Below, piece by piece: positions 25,574-34,513 of a stretch of DNA of 47,024 nucleotides. The position numbers and the translations under genes are program-made. Every line of letters begins with the position of its first letter. The first letter of the stretch is position 1. The notes under the pieces were generated by a model. That model made no database searches, was not told where the DNA came from, and saw nothing but the letters and a program-made list of their open reading frames with translations. Location of the stretch: assembly GCA_031255175.1 (NCBI GenBank), contig JAIRTA010000091.1, positions 1-47,024 on the forward strand, written 5' to 3'. The DNA comes from Oscillospiraceae bacterium. Its GTDB lineage: Bacteria > Bacillota > Clostridia > Oscillospirales > UBA929.

Positions 25574-27625
25574 TCACGGGGCCAGCGACATGAGCACCCG
25601 GGAGGCGGTGAGATCGGCCTTCTCCCGAACGGAGGCTGTCTCGATCGTGAGCTCGGCCCCCGCCTCCCACCGCCGGATCAGCGACAGCTCCGAAAAGACA
25701 TCCAGCGCCACCGCCACCCGGCCGAACCCCCCGGACAGGCCCGCGTCCCGCATGATTTTCCGCACCAGCACCGCGCGCTGCTCGGTGAGCGGCGAAACGG
25801 CCGTCATCCGCTTCAAATAGCGCCACACGGCGGCCAGGTCCTCGCGGGAGGGCCGCAGCAGCGCGGCCTCCTCCTCCGTGAGCGCGCCGCCGGCCTCAAA
25901 CCGGGCGTACAGCGCCCGCTCCCGCGACTCCTGCGCCCGCTCCGGCATGGCGAGGCGCATGTCGCAAAACCGAAGCTGCACACGGGAACGGTTCCGGAAG
26001 GTGTTGATCTCCGCGTGAAACGCGAGATCCACCATGTCTCCCTGCGCATACCCGAGCGCCACGGCGTCCATGCCGAAGCAGATGACATCCAGCGAGACGC
26101 CGCCGCCCGAGACCGAGAGGCGCAGGTGCCGGCCGCCGCCGATGGGCCGCACCTCGCTCAGGCACACGCCCTCCAGGCAGAACACGGGCGCGGGGTGCCC
26201 CGTCCCGTGCGGTTCCAGCCGCCGGAGTTCGTCCACATGGGCCATCACAAGCTGAGGCGGCGTCACAAACGCGTCCACGGCCAGCGACGGCGGTTCGGAC
26301 GGCGGCTGCGCGTCGGCGACGCCGCAGAGCCTGTCTCTGAGCGCGTCGACGTGCGCCGCCGGAAGCGTAAACCCGGCGGCCTTCTCGTGCCCGCCGTAGT
26401 GGTCCAGCAGATCGGACGCCCGCGTCAGCGCGTCCACCAAATTCAGGCCGCCGGCGCTGCGCGCCGACCCGCGGCCGCTGTCGTTTTCCAGGCAAATGAG
26501 AAAGACGGGCCGCTTGAACTGTTCGGCCAGCCGGGCGGCCACGATGCCCACCACGCCCACATGCCAGTCACGGCCGGCCAGCACAATGGCCGGCGGGGGC
26601 GTCCCGTCCGCCAGCAACGCCAGCGCGTCTTGAAAGATCACGTTTTCTACCTGCCGCCGGTGGCGGTTCAGATCGCAGAGCTCGCCGGCCAGGTGCGCGG
26701 CTTCGGCCGGGTCGTCCGTGAGCAGCAATTCGACGGCCGTCTGCGCCCGGCCCATGCGCCCCGCCGCGTTGATCCTGGGCCCCAAGCCGTAGCCGATCGA
26801 GTCGGCCGTGAGCCGCCCCGCCTCGAGACCGGCCTCCCGCAGCAGATGCCTGACCCCCAGGTTGGGGCTGTTTTCCAGCAGGGAGAGCCCCCTGGCCACG
26901 AGCGCGCGGTTCTCGCCGGTCAGCGGCATGACGTCGGCCACCGTGCCGAGCGCCACAAGGTCGCCGTAGCGCGCCAGTATCTCCGACGCCTTCGCGGGCG
27001 CCTCCAGCGCGCAGAGGAGCTTGAAGGCGACGCCGACGCCCGCCAGGGCGGACGACGGATAGTCGCAGTCCGGCCGGCAGGGGTTGACGACGGCGCAGAC
27101 GTCCGGCAATGTCTCCCGGCACTGGTGATGGTCGGTGATCACGAGGTCCAGGCCCATCTCCCGGGCGGCCTCGGCCTCGGCAATGGCCGTCACGCCGGTG
27201 TCCACCGTGATCACCAGGCGCACACCCTGCTCACGCAGCCGCGTGAGCCCGGAGACGTTCAGCCCGTACCCCTCCTCAACCCGGTCCGGGACATACCAGA
27301 CCACGCGGGCGCCCCGCGCGCGCAGCGCGCGCGTGAGCATCGCGGTCGCGGTGATGCCGTCCACATCGTAGTCGCCGTACACCGCTATGCAGTCCCCCGC
27401 CGCGAGACTTTCTCGAACGCGCGCCACGGCGCGGTCCATGTCGCGCAGCAAAAACGGGTCCGGCAGCGCGGCGAGATCCGTCGCCAAAAACGCGCCGGCC
27501 TCCTCGGGCGTCGCGCAGCCCCGCGCGCAGAGCACGCGCGCCAGCAGCGGCCCATACCCCGCCGCCGCCAGTCTCTCCGCCGCCCGTTCATCCGCCGGCC
27601 GGCCGGTCCAATCCCGGTATTTCAT
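25574..27625 (-). CDS. recJ: Single-stranded-DNA-specific exonuclease RecJ
   Basis: 683 aa with DHH motifs (VYGDYDVDGIT, ITDHHQ) and DHHA1 GGHEKAAG. Start set to the ATG at 27625 (MKYRDW...). The track extension is Lys/Arg-rich read-through of a repeat region. Confidence 0.9.
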   Translation of the reverse strand: MKYRDWTGRPADERAAERLAAAGYGPLLARVLCARGCATPEEAGAFLATDLAALPDPFLLRDMDRAVARVRESLAAGDCIAVYGDYDVDGITATAMLTRALRARGARVVWYVPDRVEEGYGLNVSGLTRLREQGVRLVITVDTGVTAIAEAEAAREMGLDLVITDHHQCRETLPDVCAVVNPCRPDCDYPSSALAGVGVAFKLLCALEAPAKASEILARYGDLVALGTVADVMPLTGENRALVARGLSLLENSPNLGVRHLLREAGLEAGRLTADSIGYGLGPRINAAGRMGRAQTAVELLLTDDPAEAAHLAGELCDLNRHRRQVENVIFQDALALLADGTPPPAIVLAGRDWHVGVVGIVAARLAEQFKRPVFLICLENDSGRGSARSAGGLNLVDALTRASDLLDHYGGHEKAAGFTLPAAHVDALRDRLCGVADAQPPSEPPSLAVDAFVTPPQLVMAHVDELRRLEPHGTGHPAPVFCLEGVCLSEVRPIGGGRHLRLSVSGGGVSLDVICFGMDAVALGYAQGDMVDLAFHAEINTFRNRSRVQLRFCDMRLAMPERAQESRERALYARFEAGGALTEEEAALLRPSREDLAAVWRYLKRMTAVSPLTEQRAVLVRKIMRDAGLSGGFGRVAVALDVFSELSLIRRWEAGAELTIETASVREKADLTASRVLMSLAP

Positions 27626-27652
27626 GGATGTTCGTTTCCTTTTCCTCATCTG

Positions 27653-27689
27653 TTTCCGTCTGTCTCTTTCCGTCTGTCTCTTTCGTCTC
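27653..27689. repeat. 14-bp tandem repeat (2.6 copies), purine-rich on the recJ coding strand
   Basis: TTTCCGTCTGTCTC x2 (27653-27666, 27667-27680) plus TTTCGTCTC. The minus strand reads GAGACAGACGGAAA. Confidence 0.9.
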
Positions 27690-27793
27690 TTTGGCGCGAT
27701 GTAGATTTGTTTATTATACCAAGCAATCCGGCAAAGAGCAAGGGAGAGACCCGTGTTTTTTGGCGCCGTCCGCCGCGGCGCGCAAACAGAGCG

Positions 27794-27822
27794 TTGAATT
27801 TCTCCGGTGTCTTGCGTATAAT
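27794..27822 (+). promoter_or_regulatory. Candidate sigma-A promoter for murD
   Basis: TTGAAT (27794-27799), 17 nt, TATAAT (27817-27822), about 50 nt upstream of the murD RBS GAGGTGAGG. Confidence 0.5.
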
Positions 27823-27875
27823 AAAGGAAACCGGAATACCCGCGCCGGACTTTTTCGAACCGTTTGAGGTGAGGC

Positions 27876-29285
27876 ATGACTTCTTCGTTTGACGCATATT
27901 TGCGCGCGTTTCGGGGCGTTTCGGTGGCCGTACTCGGCATCGGCGTCAGCAACACGCCGCTCATCCGCCTGCTGGCGGGCGCCGGCGCGCGCGTGACGGC
28001 CTGCGACCGAAAAGAGCGCGCGGCGCTGGGGCCCGCCGCGGATGAACTCGCGGCGCTGGGCGTCGATCTGCGCTGCGGTCCCGACTATCTGGACCATCTC
28101 ACACAGCAGCGCATCTACCGCACGCCGGGGATGCGCCCCGACTTGCCGGCGCTCGCGCGGGCCCGGGCGGGCGGCGCCGTCGTCACCTCGGAGATGGAGG
28201 ACTTCCTGTCCGTTTGCCCCTGCCCCGTCATCGGTGTGACCGGCAGCGACGGCAAGACGACAACCGCCACGCTGGTCGCGGAGATGCTCCGCGCCGAGGG
28301 CGTGACCGTCCACCTGGGCGGCAACATCGGCCGGCCGCTGCTGGCCGACGCCGGCCGCATGACCCCGGAAGACGCGGCGGTGCTGGAGTTGTCGTCCTTC
28401 CAACTGATGACCCTGCCGACAAGCCCCGGCGCGGCGGTGATCACCAACGTGACGCCGAACCATCTCGACGTCCATCTCTCGATGGAAGAATACGTACAGG
28501 CCAAAGAAAATATCTTTCGCCACCAGGACAAAAACGGGCTGGTCGTCTTAAACGCCGGCTGCGCGCGCACGCGGGTCATGGCCGAAGCGGCCCCGGGCCG
28601 GGCGCGCCTCTTCTCCGGAACCGCGCCGCTGCCGGAGGGCGTGTCGCTGGAAGACGGCATACTCGTCGTCCGGGAGGACGGCCGGCGCGAGCGCCTGTTT
28701 GCCGCGCGGGAAATCCGCCTGCCCGGAATGCACAATGTGGAAAACTATCTGGCGGCCTGCGCCGTGTTGTACGGGCGCGTGCGCCCGGAGACTATGGCGC
28801 GGGTCGCCCGGGATTTCGCCGGCGTGCCGCACCGGATCGAATTCGTCGCGGAGGTGGGGGGCGTGCGCTGCTACAACGACTCCATCGCCTCCAGCCCCAC
28901 GAGGACGCTGGCCGGGCTGCGCGCGTTCGCGCAGAAGGTGATCCTCATCGCGGGCGGATACGATAAGCGCATCCCGTTCGACGACCTGGGCCCGGCGGCG
29001 GCGGCGCATGTGAAGTCGCTCATCCTCATCGGCGCCACGGCGCCCGCGATCCGTGCCGCCGTGGCGGGCGTGCCCGGCGCGCCGCCCATCACCGACGCCG
29101 GGGATCTCACACGAGCGGTGTGCGCGGCGTTTGCGCAGGCGGCGCCCGGCGACGTCATCCTGCTCTCGCCCGCGTGCGCCTCGTTTGACCAGTTCCCGAA
29201 CTTCGAGGCGCGCGGGAATCGCTTCAAAGAACTGGTGCTCGCCCGGGCAACGGTACGCCGGGCGGGAACGGAGGAACCCATATGA
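27876..29285 (+). CDS. murD: UDP-N-acetylmuramoylalanine--D-glutamate ligase
   Basis: 469 aa with an N-terminal Rossmann-like VAVLGIGVSN, the Mur ligase P-loop GVTGSDGKTTT, and a C-terminal Mur ligase domain. Confidence 0.88.
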   Translation: MTSSFDAYLRAFRGVSVAVLGIGVSNTPLIRLLAGAGARVTACDRKERAALGPAADELAALGVDLRCGPDYLDHLTQQRIYRTPGMRPDLPALARARAGGAVVTSEMEDFLSVCPCPVIGVTGSDGKTTTATLVAEMLRAEGVTVHLGGNIGRPLLADAGRMTPEDAAVLELSSFQLMTLPTSPGAAVITNVTPNHLDVHLSMEEYVQAKENIFRHQDKNGLVVLNAGCARTRVMAEAAPGRARLFSGTAPLPEGVSLEDGILVVREDGRRERLFAAREIRLPGMHNVENYLAACAVLYGRVRPETMARVARDFAGVPHRIEFVAEVGGVRCYNDSIASSPTRTLAGLRAFAQKVILIAGGYDKRIPFDDLGPAAAAHVKSLILIGATAPAIRAAVAGVPGAPPITDAGDLTRAVCAAFAQAAPGDVILLSPACASFDQFPNFEARGNRFKELVLARATVRRAGTEEPI

Positions 29286-30358
29286 CAGACGTCTTCGCCC
29301 TGCTCTCGGAACTCACCCACCCGCCGGGGCCGGCCGGCCGGGAGGGCCCGGCCGTGCATGCCGCCGCGGCGCTGCTGGCCCCGCTGACGGACAGCGTGGA
29401 GATCGACCGGCTGGGCAGCCTGATCGGCCGCAAACGGTGCGGCAGGCCGGACGCGCCCCTGCTGCTGCTGGACGCGCATCTCGATGAGGTCGGCTTTGTC
29501 ATCACAGGCCGCGCGGGGGGCTTTCTGCGCTTTCGCACGGTGGGCGGCATCGACCCGCGCGTCCTGCCAAACCAATCCGTCCGCCTGCTCGGCGACCCGC
29601 CCGGCCTCGGGCTCGTCACCTGCCTGCCGCCCCATTTGCAGAGCGCGGACAGCGCACGCGTGATCCCGACGGACGATCTCTTCATCGACACCGGCCTCAC
29701 GGAGGCGGAGGTGGCGCGCCGTTTTCCGGTGGGCACATTCTGCGTCTTCGACGCGGCGTGCTTTTCGCTCGGCAGCGGGCAGTGCGCAGGCCGCGCGCTG
29801 GACGACCGGGCCGGGTTTGCCGTACTGCTGCGCGCGCTGACGCTCCTGGGCGACACCGCGTGCGCCGCGGACCTCGCGGTGTGCGGCAGCGTGCAGGAGG
29901 AGGCGGGGTTCCGGGGCGCGCGCGCGGCGGCCTTCGGCCTTCGGCCGGACGTCTGCATCGCGGTGGATGTGACCCACGCGCACACGCCGGACGCCCCGCC
30001 CGCGCGCACATTCGCGCCCGGCGGCGGGCCGTGTATCGGCGTGGGGCCGAACTGCGACCGGCGCCTGGCGGCGGCGCTGACCGCGCTGGCGCGGGCCCGG
30101 GGAATCCCCTTTCAGATCGAAGCGATGGAGGGCTCCAGCGGCACAAACGGATGGGTGCTGCAAACCGCCGGCGCGGGCACCGCGACGGCCGTGCTGTCGG
30201 TGCCGCTCAAGTACATGCACACCCCCGTCGAAACACTCCGCCTGGATGATCTGGAAAACACCGCGCGCCTGCTTTGCGCCTTTCTCTCATCCCAGGAACT
30301 GGAAGAACTCGCGCCGGCGCGGGGCGCGGCAAATCGCTTAGGACCTGTTCAGAAATAA
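29282..30358 (+). CDS. M42-family (TET/FrvX/YsdC-like) aminopeptidase, paralog 1
   Basis: 358 aa with all five metal-ligand motifs present: AHLDEVG, ALDDRAG, VQEEAG, IAVDVT, KYMHTP. ATGA overlap with murD. Confidence 0.85.
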   Translation: MTDVFALLSELTHPPGPAGREGPAVHAAAALLAPLTDSVEIDRLGSLIGRKRCGRPDAPLLLLDAHLDEVGFVITGRAGGFLRFRTVGGIDPRVLPNQSVRLLGDPPGLGLVTCLPPHLQSADSARVIPTDDLFIDTGLTEAEVARRFPVGTFCVFDAACFSLGSGQCAGRALDDRAGFAVLLRALTLLGDTACAADLAVCGSVQEEAGFRGARAAAFGLRPDVCIAVDVTHAHTPDAPPARTFAPGGGPCIGVGPNCDRRLAAALTALARARGIPFQIEAMEGSSGTNGWVLQTAGAGTATAVLSVPLKYMHTPVETLRLDDLENTARLLCAFLSSQELEELAPARGAANRLGPVQK

Positions 30359-30399
30359 CCAGATCCTAAGAGCGCCAAACGGGCGCGAGGTGAGAAATT

Positions 30400-31428
30400 A
30401 TGCTTTCATTGGTCAAGACACTCTGCGCGCTGGACGGCGTCTCCGGCTGGGAGGACGAGGTGCGCGACGAGATCCGCCGGCGGGTCGCCCCGTACGCCGA
30501 CGAGATCCGCTCCGACGCGCTCGGCAACCTGATGGTCTTCCGGCGCGGGGCGCGTCCGGACGGCCGGACGCTCATGCTCTGCGCCCACATGGACGAGGTG
30601 GGGCTTCTTGTCAAGCGGATCACCGACGAGGGGTATCTGCGCTTCGGCTGCGTCGGCGGGTTTGACCGGCGGGTTCTCCCGGGGCGCCGCGTGTCGGTCG
30701 GGCCGGGCAAACACCCGGGGGTCATCGGTCTCAGGGCCTACCATCTGCGCGAGCGCGAGGACGACGACAAACCGCCGAAAGTCGAAGACCTTTACATCGA
30801 CATCGGGGCGCGCGACCGGGCCGAAGCCGAGGCGATGGCCGCGCCGGGCGACGTGTGCGCCTTCCACAGCCCGCCGGAGGACTCCGGCGCGGAGTGGATC
30901 CGGGCCAAAGCGCTGGACGACCGGGCGGGCTGCGCCTGCCTGGTCCGGCTGCTGGCCGAGGCGCGCCCGGCGCCGGACACCTGGACGGTCTTTACGGTTC
31001 AGGAGGAGGTCGGCGCCCGGGGCGCGCACGCGGCGGGCCAGACCCTCGCCCCCGATTTCGCCGTGGTGGTGGAGAGCACCACGGCGGCCGAGCAGCCGGA
31101 CCTGCCGCCGCACAAACAGGTCTGCCATCTGGGCGGCGGCGTGGTCATCCCCGTCATGGACCGGGGCACGGTGTACGACGCGGGCCTGACGCGGCGGCTG
31201 ATCGCGACGGCCGAGGCCGCCGGTATCCCCTGGCAATACAAAGAATTTTTGGCCGGCGGCACAGACGCGGGCGCGCTCCACCTCAGCCGGTGCGGCGTAC
31301 CGGTCGCCGCGCTGGCCCTGCCGGTGCGCTATCTGCACAGCGCCCACTCCCTGGCAAACCCCGCCGATCTCACACATCTTTACGCGCTCTTGCGCGCCTT
31401 TGTCACGCAATTTTCAACCCGGGCATGA
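30400..31428 (+). CDS. M42-family aminopeptidase, paralog 2
   Basis: 342 aa with AHMDEVG, ALDDRAG, VQEEVG, VVVEST and RYLHSA. RBS GGTGAG. Confidence 0.85.
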   Translation: MLSLVKTLCALDGVSGWEDEVRDEIRRRVAPYADEIRSDALGNLMVFRRGARPDGRTLMLCAHMDEVGLLVKRITDEGYLRFGCVGGFDRRVLPGRRVSVGPGKHPGVIGLRAYHLREREDDDKPPKVEDLYIDIGARDRAEAEAMAAPGDVCAFHSPPEDSGAEWIRAKALDDRAGCACLVRLLAEARPAPDTWTVFTVQEEVGARGAHAAGQTLAPDFAVVVESTTAAEQPDLPPHKQVCHLGGGVVIPVMDRGTVYDAGLTRRLIATAEAAGIPWQYKEFLAGGTDAGALHLSRCGVPVAALALPVRYLHSAHSLANPADLTHLYALLRAFVTQFSTRA

Positions 31429-31432
31429 CACG

Positions 31433-31472
31433 GAGATACAGAGATACAGAGATACGGAGATACGGAGATAAA
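31433..31472. repeat. 8-bp tandem repeat, 5 copies
   Basis: GAGATACA GAGATACA GAGATACG GAGATACG GAGATAAA, immediately after the paralog-2 stop codon. Confidence 0.95.
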
Positions 31473-31521
31473 ATACCCATATTTTGCCATTCTTATAAGA
31501 TTTACAAAAGGGGCGTTCACC

Positions 31522-32607
31522 ATGACAGAAACGGCGGGGATCACAGAATTCACAAACACCTTGCGCGCGCTGGCGGGCATTGTGGGGGTGTCGGGCGACG
31601 AGGACGCGGTGGCCCGGGCGATCTCGGCGCTGGCGGCCCCCTACGCGGACGAGACGCACACAGACGCGCTCGGCAATCTGATCGTCCGCCGACGGGGCCC
31701 GGGGCCGCATGTCATGCTATCCGCCCGCATGGACACCGCCGGCCTGCTTGTCACACACGTCGACGCGGCGGGCTTCGCGCGCGTGGCCCCCGTGGGCGCG
31801 CTGCCGCTCCCCCACGCGCTGGGCCACGCGTTCGCGCTGGCGGGCGGCGCGCGCGGCGTCTTGGCCCACGAGGGCAAAACCGCACCGAAGGACGTCACTT
31901 GGGAACACTGTTATCTCGACTTCGGCGCGTCCGGCCGCGAGAATTGCGCGGCGCAGGTCGGAGACCGCGCCGCGCTGGCGGCGGAGACTTTTGTGGCGGG
32001 CAGCCGCGTCGTCTCGCCCGGCCTGAGCGGCCGCGCCGGCTGCGCGGTGCTGCTGCGCGTGCTGGCGCAGATGCGGCCGCCGGCGTGCTGCGACCTCTCC
32101 TTTGTCTTCACGGCGCAGGGAGCGCTCGGCGCGCGCGGGGCCCGCACGGCGTCTTACGCGCTCGCGCCGGCGTGGGCCGTCTCCGTCGGCGTCTCCGAAA
32201 CCGGCGACACGCCGGAGAGCGCCCACAAAAACGAGGTGACGCTGGGCGGCGGCGGCGCCCTGCGGGTGATGGACGACACACTGATCACCCCCGCCCCTCT
32301 GCTGCGCCTTCTGGAAGACACCGCCCGGGCGCGTCAGATCCCCCTCCAGCGGGCCGTGCCGCCGCGGGGCGGTTCCGACGCAGGCGCCGTCCTCATCTCG
32401 CGGTCCGGCGTGCCCGCCGGCGCCGTTGACATCCCGGTCCGCTACGCACACACGGCGGTCGAAACGGCCGATTTGCGCGACTTTATCTCATGTTCCGATC
32501 TGATCGCCGCCCTGCCGGCCGCATTTTCTGCTCTGGAAGCCGGTGGAAATGCGGAAGAAACCGGCGGAAATGCGGAAAATGATTTGACAAGGCGGCTTTC
32601 GACATGA
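31522..32607 (+). CDS. M42-fold paralog 3 with degenerate active site (probable pseudopeptidase)
   Basis: 361 aa, alignable to paralogs 1 and 2. The ligand motifs read ARMDTAG, GLSGRAG, AQGALG and VSVGVS; only RYAHTA is retained. Confidence 0.8.
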   Translation: MTETAGITEFTNTLRALAGIVGVSGDEDAVARAISALAAPYADETHTDALGNLIVRRRGPGPHVMLSARMDTAGLLVTHVDAAGFARVAPVGALPLPHALGHAFALAGGARGVLAHEGKTAPKDVTWEHCYLDFGASGRENCAAQVGDRAALAAETFVAGSRVVSPGLSGRAGCAVLLRVLAQMRPPACCDLSFVFTAQGALGARGARTASYALAPAWAVSVGVSETGDTPESAHKNEVTLGGGGALRVMDDTLITPAPLLRLLEDTARARQIPLQRAVPPRGGSDAGAVLISRSGVPAGAVDIPVRYAHTAVETADLRDFISCSDLIAALPAAFSALEAGGNAEETGGNAENDLTRRLST

Positions 32608-32613
32608 TATTAT
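32584..32613 (+). promoter_or_regulatory. Candidate promoter for the Pro-rich membrane protein gene
   Basis: TTGACA (32584-32589), 18 nt, TGaTATTAT (extended -10; hexamer at 32608-32613). Overlaps the end of the paralog-3 gene. Confidence 0.5.
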
Positions 32614-32700
32614 GATAACTACCGTAACGAAACGAGCGCCAAAATTGTAGAATGTGAAAAAGGCGCGGTGCGGACACTCAACTCGACAGGAGGGGAGACA

Positions 32701-33363
32701 GTGGATTACTCAAACGACCCAAACAACCAAAACAATCCCTACAACAGCTCCGACCAACCCCCGCAGCCGGGGGCGCCGTATCAGGAGCCGCAGCCGTACC
32801 AGGGGCAGCCCCCCTACCAGGGCCAGCCTCCGTATCCGGAGCAACCCCCTTACCAGGGCCAACCCCCGTATCAGGAGCAGCCTCCCTATCAGGGCCAGCC
32901 TCCCTACCAACCGCAGCAGCCCTACAAGGGCCAGCAACCTTATCTTGGGCCGCAGCCCTACCAAGACGCGCCGCCCTACCAGGGGCAAGCCTACCAGCCG
33001 CCTTACCAGGACCCCGGGGCGGCGTACCCGCCGTCCTATGACGCCGCCCAACCGGGCCACGCGCCGGGGCACGGCATGGGCATCGCTTCACTGGTCCTCG
33101 GCATCATCGCCTTGGTGATCATGTTCATTCCCTTTGTCAACATCGCCTCTCTCCTCATGTCCATCATCGGTCTCATCCTGGCCGTCAGCGCGCGGAAAAA
33201 GAACGCCGCCGCGGGCGTGACCGGCGGTGTGGCCACCGGCGGCCTCGTCTGCTGCATCATCGCGCTGGCGCTTTCCATTCTCGCTGTTGTGACCTGCACG
33301 CTCTGCGCGGCCGCCATTGGGAGTTACGCCGATGGGTTTTCAAATTTTTGGGATTATTATTGA
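32701..33363 (+). CDS. Pro/Gln/Tyr-rich hexapeptide-repeat protein with C-terminal membrane domain
   Basis: 220 aa from the GTG at 32701, 7 nt after AGGAGGGGAG. About a dozen QPPYQG-type repeats, then hydrophobic segments GIASLVLGIIALVIMFIPFV... and GGLVCCIIALALSILAVV (DUF4190-like by recollection). Confidence 0.75.
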   Translation: MDYSNDPNNQNNPYNSSDQPPQPGAPYQEPQPYQGQPPYQGQPPYPEQPPYQGQPPYQEQPPYQGQPPYQPQQPYKGQQPYLGPQPYQDAPPYQGQAYQPPYQDPGAAYPPSYDAAQPGHAPGHGMGIASLVLGIIALVIMFIPFVNIASLLMSIIGLILAVSARKKNAAAGVTGGVATGGLVCCIIALALSILAVVTCTLCAAAIGSYADGFSNFWDYY

Positions 33364-33541
33364 TGGCTTGACGCTCTCTTTCGGCGCGGCGGGCCGTGCC
33401 GCGGGCGGATGCGCCCGTGCAATCTGATTTTGTTTTTCTGCAAACACCGGTTCCGCTCCGGGCTTTCCGGGTGGAACCGTGTTGTTTTTTCGCAGCTTCG
33501 GGCCGGCCGGGTGTGCCCGTAACCGAGGGAGGGAGGTGCGT

Positions 33542-34321
33542 ATGTACCCGTTTTTGTCTCTGTTTGGCTTTCAAATCCCGTCTTACGGGCTCATGTGTGT
33601 CCTAGGCGGCGCGTTGGCGGTCGTCGTGGTGGTGGCGCGCTGCCGACGTCTCTCTTTTCCGCGGGCGGACGCCGTAAATCTCTTCGCGTTGTGCATTGTG
33701 GGCGCGCTCGCGGGCGCCAAGCTGGTTTTTCTGTTTACAAACGTCCCCCGGGCGGTGCGCCGCTGGGATCTTGTGACCGCGCACCCGTGGGAGGCGCTTC
33801 TCGCGCTGGGCGGCGGGCTGGTCTTTTACGGCGGCGTCATCGGCGGCCTTCTGACGGCCCTGTGGTACCTCCGCCGGTTTCGGCTCGATTTCGCCGCGGC
33901 GGCCGATCTGTTCGCGCCCGCCATCCCCGCCGGGCACATGCTTGGCCGGGTGGGGTGTTTTTTGGGCGGCTGCTGTTACGGCGCGGAGGCGTCGTGGGGC
34001 CCTGTCTTCACGCATTCTCCCCTGCTCGAGGCCAACGGCGTGCCGCGCCTGCCGGTTCCGCTCTTTGAGGCCGCCGGCAACCTGCTGATCTGTCTGGCTC
34101 TGCTGTGGTACGAGCGCCGTCCGCACCCGCCGGGGCGCGCGCTGGCGCTGTATCTCCTGCTCTACGCGCCGCTGCGGTTTACGCTGGAATTCTTCCGCGG
34201 CGACGTCGTCCGCGGTTTTGTCCTCGGGGTATCCACCTCCCAGTGGATCAGCGTGCTGCTCTTCGCGGCGGGCCTCCTCTGGCTGTCGCGGCGCCCGTCC
34301 GTTTCTCCCCAAGCCGTGTAA
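33542..34321 (+). CDS. lgt: Prolipoprotein diacylglyceryl transferase
   Basis: 259 aa with the Lgt signature GRVGCFLGGCCYG and multiple TM segments. The ATG at 33542 follows GGGAGGGAGG. Confidence 0.9.
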   Translation: MYPFLSLFGFQIPSYGLMCVLGGALAVVVVVARCRRLSFPRADAVNLFALCIVGALAGAKLVFLFTNVPRAVRRWDLVTAHPWEALLALGGGLVFYGGVIGGLLTALWYLRRFRLDFAAAADLFAPAIPAGHMLGRVGCFLGGCCYGAEASWGPVFTHSPLLEANGVPRLPVPLFEAAGNLLICLALLWYERRPHPPGRALALYLLLYAPLRFTLEFFRGDVVRGFVLGVSTSQWISVLLFAAGLLWLSRRPSVSPQAV

Positions 34322-34513
34322 AAACCATAAGTTTTGCATAGCGCGCCCAAATCTGACGAATACTAGGGATTGTCTGAATCCCGTTTTGACGCGGTCTTTG
34401 GCGCCGCGCACCCGGCGCGAACCGGACGCCATGTCATGACGGACACACCGGTCGGCGATTCGTCCGCCTGACCGGCGCGTGGACGACAAACAACATCAGG
34501 AGGGTTTCGGATC

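Noticed and set aside
26015-27892. Very long ORFs antisense or out of frame to real genes. Examples: 26015..27892 (+) opposite recJ, 11220..12800 (+) opposite priA, 18734..20095 (+) opposite cdaR, 30855..32429 (+) across the M42 genes, 809..1570 (+), 1806..2639 (+), 24098..25537 (+).
   Set aside because: Their translations are Arg/Pro/Gly/Ala-rich low-complexity strings without motifs or RBS. They overlap genes that have clear family signatures. Stop-poor shadow frames like these are expected in GC-rich DNA of this kind.
34336-34365. Forespore sigma-G/F-like promoter for spoVT (GCATA, 18 nt, AATACTA).
   Set aside because: The match is partial (the -10 lacks the leading C). It lies about 150 nt from the start codon. 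This is too weak to list as a feature without expression data.
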